Positions 58,290-64,000 of a stretch of DNA of 64,000 nt are shown piece by piece. The stretch lies in assembly GCA_051362555.1 (NCBI GenBank), contig CM120642.1, positions 28,148,001-28,212,000 on the forward strand, read 5' to 3'. The DNA is from Lingula anatina. Lineage: Eukaryota > Animalia > Brachiopoda. The stretch's first letter is position 1, and each line of letters starts with the position of its first letter. The notes beneath the pieces were generated by a model, which was not told the origin of the DNA, ran no database searches, and was given only the letters and a program-made list of their open reading frames with translations. The position numbers were made by a program, and so were the translations under genes.

Positions 58290-59990
58290 GGCTTCAGGCC
58301 CATGGGAGTTCAAGTTCACACTATGAAAATGTATAAATTCCAGAAAAAGAAGCCAATTAGACTACTTTTCCAACTCAGGCTGCATTTTAGTCCTGTATTT
58401 CTTTTTTGAAAGTTTGGCAATTATAAGTAACATGGTTTTCCCATAATGGTCATCATGGCAGCAGCACCCAAAATTGTGTTTTCTTCTATTCTGATGCAAT
58501 ATTACATAATGGTTAACAGCCTAATGACCGTCAATTTTTAATAATAAAATATACGTATCATGGATTTTCAGAAAATGTGACTAGCATGGGTCTTCAAGCC
58601 CATGGAACTTCAAACTCACACCTTGAAAATGCCAATATGTGAAAAATTAAATTTTCACAAAAAAACTGTTTAACTGGCAGTAAGAATTACCAAGCAGCCA
58701 AAAAGTAAAGCTGCCTTCCACTTATCGTGTTTATAATGAAAGTGCACAGCGCCGGCGACAGCGACGACAGGCGTAGGTGATGGCAATATGTACAGACACA
58801 TCTGTACATATTTACTGTACTGTTTGAGAACAGTAAGTGACATGGTTTTTCTTAAATGGTCATCATGGGAGCAGTGCCCAAAATAGGTTTTTTTCAAATT
58901 TTGATGCAATATTACATAATGTTTAACAGCATAATGACCATCAATTTTTAATAATAAAATATTAGTATCATGGATATTCAGAAACTGTGACTAGCAAAGG
59001 TCTTCAGGCCCATGGAACTTCAAAGTCACAACTTGAAAATGCCAAAATGTAAACAAGACAGCACTGTTCTGAAATGTTTTATTTCCATTTTTAACAATTT
59101 TTAACATAAAACAAAATTAACAGTTTACTGCCATTTTTATATGATCAACTAAGAAAATTGATGAGATGGGAAAAATATCAATAGAGCAGTGTTAAATGTC
59201 CAATTTCTTCCATTCTGAGATTCTGAACATAGTGAATGATTGAACCTGACAAACTGCAATGATATGAGTTTATTTCCATTTTTGAAACTTTATTACACAA
59301 TACACGATAACAAGTTTACCATCATTTTTACAAAATCAACTAACAATGTTGTAAAGACGCAGGAAATGTCAAACAAACACTTTTATGTATCTTATTAATT
59401 AAATAATGAAACTGTTAACATGTCTAAGAATTGAATCTGAGGAAATGTGAAAAAACAGCATAACTTCTAAAATAATGGCCCGATTATGCTGATTTTTTAA
59501 CTCAACCTGTGTTTTAGCAGGATTGACCACTCCTGTGAGTTTAATGACAATTGGCCTGTCTGTTTTTCTTATATTGTGTTTACAATGTTGCATATATGCT
59601 GAAAAGTGAAAAAAAGCATAACTACTTAAATAGTGGCCTGATCATGACGATTTTCGAACTTGACCTGCGTTTTAGTAAGATCGATTACTCCTGTGAGTTT
59701 CATGACAACAGGCCAATCGGTTTTCCTTGAAATGTGTTTACAGTGTTGCATATATGCTGAAAAGTGAAAAAAACAGTATAATTTCTACAATAATGGCCCG
59801 ATCATGCTCATTTTTGGACTTGACCTGCGTTTTATGAATATTCATCAGCTCTGTAAATATAAAGCCAAAAAGTAAAACTGCCTTCCACTTATCGTGTTTA
59901 CAAGGAAAGTGCACGGCGCCAGCGACGGCAACGGCGACGACAGACGCAGGTGATGGCAATATGTACAGACACATCTGTGTCTGTACATAA
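58290..59990. mobile_element. Helentron/HINE (pearl-like) composite with an internal ~158-bp tandem array
   Basis: Three ~158-bp units starting at 59449, 59608 and 59766, then a GCGACG-rich low-complexity tract and terminal hairpin ATGTACAGACAC-ATCT-GTGTCTGTACAT (59961-59988). A second truncated end lies at 58695-58810, and there is a ~215-bp direct duplication (58425/58835). Confidence 0.6.
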
Positions 59991-60659
59991 AAAGCAGTAA
60001 GATTGTGAAAACCATTTGTTGTAGCACCAAATCCCAAACCGTCATGGCAATTAAAACAGCACAGAAGATTAAAATATTTGAAAATATTATAAATATCAGC
60101 AAAATTGGAGAATTTTCACATATCCCTTTGAAATATTAACACACGCACATATAAATATATTATTATTACAAATAAATTGCCTCTATCCGTGTAAAAGAAA
60201 TTCATATTATTAATATATATTCATAAACAGCTCAAAATAAAAGTGAATTTCCTTAATATCCCATAATATTAAAACCAATAAATGCCCTTTTTATGCTGAG
60301 AAAAATCATGAAATCATAGAATCACTATCGGCAAAAAGGCATTCTTGATGACAGCATACATAAAATGATGAAATGAACACTATAACCGATTTAAAATGTA
60401 AAGCCATCAGTGTAAACTTGAGTAAATACCTCACACATAAAATAAGAATTATGTAATTCATAATTGTTTATAAATATCATTTGAATTGATCTAAGTGTTA
60501 TTATCTACATGGTTTATAAATATTCCAAAATGAACTTGCAAGCACCTGATATGAGCAATTTGGCATATCAAAATTTAACAGATCATTTGAGAAATAAAAA
60601 ACACCTGTACATTGGGTCACATGTTTCCAGTCTTGTCAACTGCCTGTAGCCATTCCCTG

Positions 60660-63600
60660 TCAGCTTGTCGTTAATGGTTTTATGTAAATCTGGAAATTTT
60701 TGAAAAACAAATTTAAGATGCAACAAACACATTGGACATTTGATAATTTCACTCTCTTACCACCACCAGAAAATATTTTCTGTACAGAACATTTCCAATG
60801 CATGAACTTGAAAATTTTAATCACGATGACTTTACTTAGATTTATATAAGTAAAGATTGATCGTTTTGTATACATTATTTAAAACAACGAAAGCCTTTAA
60901 ACTTTATTTACTGTTTATGGACATTTTCCTCACCCCAACTTTCAGAGTTTACAGAGTCACATAATTTTATAGTATCAGCTTGGGCATCTGCCATTTCCAA
61001 TCATTCTACTGAAAATTACAGACCAATACCAGGCCTACCCAGGCCTACCACACTGCCCATTTTCAAGGTGTGTGTCAGTACGCATTTCACAGTATCATAC
61101 CCAGAACAAATTTTGAGTGGTGATGCAATACTTTCCAACCCCGCTGAGAATCATCACTATCACATCGCGCACTTGGCAAGAGGGGTGTCGCGTCTGATAC
61201 TTTGAAGTGCATACTGACGCACACCTTGAAAACGGGTAGTGTGGTCCGATCTACCGGTGGATTCAGGATCATTCTGTGCTGAGTCTGGTAGTTGGGTAGG
61301 CCTGAATACTAATAACTGAGATGACTTTCCAGTTACAATGTACCACTCAAATTCAGGGTGCTTTTTCTTACCTCACTGAGGATAACCCATGCCTTGCTCT
61401 CAGACTTCACATGCAGTCTTAACTCCAATATAGGACCAAGAGCAGCTCCAACATCCCCCTTGGCCACGCTATTAACAAACTCCCCCATGATCAGGTAGCC
61501 GTCGTTTGTGCGATTGTACTGTTGGTAGTTCACGTCATTGGTCAGGATGCCATCTTGTTTTTGTGTGTGCGAGTATGGCATGATTTCAACAGTTGTGTTA
61601 TACAACTGATCCCCAGGGTGCTCCGGATTACCACTTTTGAAGTAAAAGCTACAAAGATAGGTAAGTATTAATAAATAGATTCATTTTATGGAAAATTCTG
61701 ACTTCTTTTGTGGGCCTGAAGAGTGTCTTTCTCTCCTACTGAGTAGGGAAGGAGACTGAGCTAGACATTTTGTTTTGAAAAAAAAAAAAAAAAACTACAA
61801 GTGACGACAATGCACTATTTAACACTAGTACAACCACAATGCTAAAAACTACAAATAATTATCAAAACTTTCATTTAATCAAAGGCAGCAATTTTTCCTG
61901 AAAACTGCTAAAAAATATAATTTAGTGGCCTGAAGGTCCTTATAATAATAATAAGATTCTTATATGGCGCCTTACATTCTATCTCAAGGCGCCTTACAAT
62001 AATGGCTAATATACTAAAATCATTAAAATGACTACAATATTTTAATCATAAACTCTCATTGGAAACCATTTAAAATTTACACTACTAAAAATCAATCTTA
62101 TAAAAAAAAAAAAAACATATATATATTAAAATAAAATCTAAGAGATATAGACAGAATTAAAAAAGTGGGTCTTTAAAAGAGATTTAAAATTGTCAAAGTC
62201 TTCTGTTTTCCTAATAAAATTTGGTAGACCATTCCACACTCTTGGGGCGTAGATTATAAAAGCACGATCTCCATAACTTTTTAGGCACCCCTTCTCTAAA
62301 ACAGAATGTTCTAAAATAAAATCATTCTCAGTATTAAAACGTGTGGACCGCCGTGGTAAGTTAAAACAGATAAGATCAGATAAATATAATGGTCCTTGTG
62401 AATGGATCGCCTTAAAAATAATACAGAGTACTTTAAAATCAATCCTCTGCTTCACAGGCAGCCAGTGTAATTCTTTCAGAATGGGATTGATATGGTGTGT
62501 ACTATTGTACTTAATTTGACAAACCAGTCTTGCAGCTGAGTTTTGAATAACTTGTAACTTTTTAATCTGATAGTCACAAATACCAAAGAGGAGACTATTG
62601 CAGTAATCTAATCTTGATGATATAAATGCATGTACTAATTTTTCAGTGGTTTTGTTATCTAACACTTTCCTTATTTTTCCAATGCGCCATAGTGCATAAG
62701 ATGCTGATTTACACACTTCAGATACACGCTTGCCCATAGTGCTTATCAATGAACAAAACATCATTAATTCTCGTGTGAACATTTTCTGCATATCACGGTA
62801 TGGAAAAATCACCCGAGGATTTGCTTGTTGACTTTAGTTAAAAACCCTGAAAGCGAGCAATGTTATCTCACCTCTCTAATGCTATTGGTGGATTAAACCT
62901 GAAGATACACATATCGCCAGCTTTGGGAAAGGTTCCCCAGAAAAAGTCCAGGCCCAGATAGGCGTCATCCAGGGAGTATTTCTGGTATTTTTCTATCGTG
63001 GTGGACACCTCAGCTGGAGGGTTGGTGTGGGGATGATGGAGCTGAGCCTTGCCAAAGTCCTTGTCCTGATAGAACAAAATATATGTCTGAGGTTTTTATT
63101 TGAATTTTTATTATCTTTAGTATCCCATAGTCAAATCTCACCATGTGTTCAACAAGCCTAAGGTTCATATCTACTGTAATAAATTTAACCTGCAATAGAA
63201 ATCTCTCATTTGTAAGAAGAGGATTAAATAACATTATATGACTTATGGACACATTTCGATTTGTTGAAGGTAATAAAAACACAGCATGACTATTGGGATT
63301 GGTTCAATTTGATCTTTAGCATTTAATAGACATATGTTCAAGGACATATGGCTTGGCTTTTTGGATTAGATTATTTCCAGCATCAAGTGAATGTCTCATC
63401 TTGAAACGTAATGAAATATTGATTTAGAATCCTTATTACAAGATGCAAAAAATGTTAAACCAGACTGTTTCATTGTATAAAACAAACTTGGGGAATATTT
63501 TTGCAATACATTAAATTACCATATTTTTGTGAAATTTCTTGTTGCAATGACATATGCCTGACCAATATCATTCTTACTTTTAATTTCTGCACTTTTCCCT

Positions 63601-63685
63601 TTAGTGAAGAATGCATTCCTACGTGCTGAAACAGGGAGGGTTTGAAGCGGCGGCGTAAACTGCTCTTCATTCGGTCGCAGTATTT
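60660..63685 (-). CDS. MGAT4: Alpha-1,3-mannosyl-glycoprotein 4-beta-N-acetylglucosaminyltransferase (MGAT4A/B-like), last four exons; 5' part beyond the window
   Basis: Exons 63685-63578, 63065-62872, 61648-61372, 60689-60660: [42 protein letters not shown]...NPPAEVSTT...FFWG..PKAGD...[21 protein letters not shown]...[15 protein letters not shown]. Confidence 0.93.
61030..61304. mobile_element. 275-bp MITE with a 5-bp TSD (AATAC)
   Basis: CAGGCCTACCCA...TGGGTAGGCCTG termini; inner ~50-bp inverted arms 61047-61097 / 61195-61245; AATAC at 61025-61029 and 61305-61309. Confidence 0.7.
61941..62750 (-). mobile_element. 5'-truncated non-LTR retrotransposon (L2/CR1-group) RT C-terminus, 3' UTR and (TTA)n tail, in an MGAT4 intron
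   Basis: ORF 62138-62812: [16 protein letters not shown]...[17 protein letters not shown]...[12 protein letters not shown]...[16 protein letters not shown]...[14 protein letters not shown]...[10 protein letters not shown]; 3' end gtaaggcgccttgag..aaggcgccatataa followed by (TTA)n. Confidence 0.9.
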
Positions 63686-64000
63686 CTGAAAAAAAAAAAG
63701 TCATTTCAAAGACTGCTTTACACTGACACAGGAATAAATTAGTGCACTAGTACAACATGTGATTCATAGGTTTTAAGCACACTTATGAAAAATGTGTTTC
63801 ACATTTTCAAAATATGATAGTAACAGAAACTTAAATCATGGCTTATTCCTACTCAATTAAAACAAATAACATAAAATTTCCTGAAATTTTTCTGTTATGT
63901 AATTTTTTCCTTATATTTCTCCCCACATGATAAACAAGGAATAAACAATAATTGTGTATTCATTCCCCTATTCATTTACTCACTGCATCCTTCTCTGGAC

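Noticed and set aside
59449-59860. Regularly spaced repeats considered as a CRISPR-like array
   Set aside because: Whole ~158-bp units are homologous (no unique spacers), the context is eukaryotic, and no cas genes are present.
62138-62812. 224-aa ORF as a host gene or MGAT4 exon
   Set aside because: It is the C-terminal RT region of a truncated LINE; MGAT4 exons join in frame without it.

Overview
AT-rich, intron-rich animal genomic DNA, most consistent with a lophotrochozoan (probably mollusc; inferred from repeat types and gene content). By hand-splicing at GT-AG sites I reconstruct seven protein-coding genes: (1) a TMEM272-like 4-TM protein with three PPxY motifs (+, 1115-9032); (2) a vWA/mucin-stalk/single-TM protein whose signal-peptide exon appears frameshifted by 1 nt (+, 12698-14321); (3) a 77-aa prepropeptide absent from the ORF track that yields a highly divergent NPY/NPF-type peptide ending RVKF-amide (+, 17422-18087); (4) a 16-exon, 676-aa Cys-rich surface protein with signal peptide, two duplicated modules, a central ShKT domain and a GPI-like tail (-, 20538-31436); (5) a RING/B-box/coiled-coil TRIM with a disordered tail ending in a Nup153-like basic motif (-, 40579-45784); (6) an EF-hand nicotinamidase, head-to-head with the TRIM (+, 46068-54980); (7) the 3' end of MGAT4 (-, 60660-63685). 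A decayed nuclease/P-loop helicase-like gene seems interleaved with the first coding exon of gene 4. Mobile DNA includes a 935-bp near-perfect foldback with an 8-bp TSD, a Kolobok element with KolX remnants, a LINE 3' fragment, several MITE families and a Helentron-like satellite-bearing element. No rRNA, tRNA or CRISPR array was seen. All family assignments come from motif recognition, not database searches.
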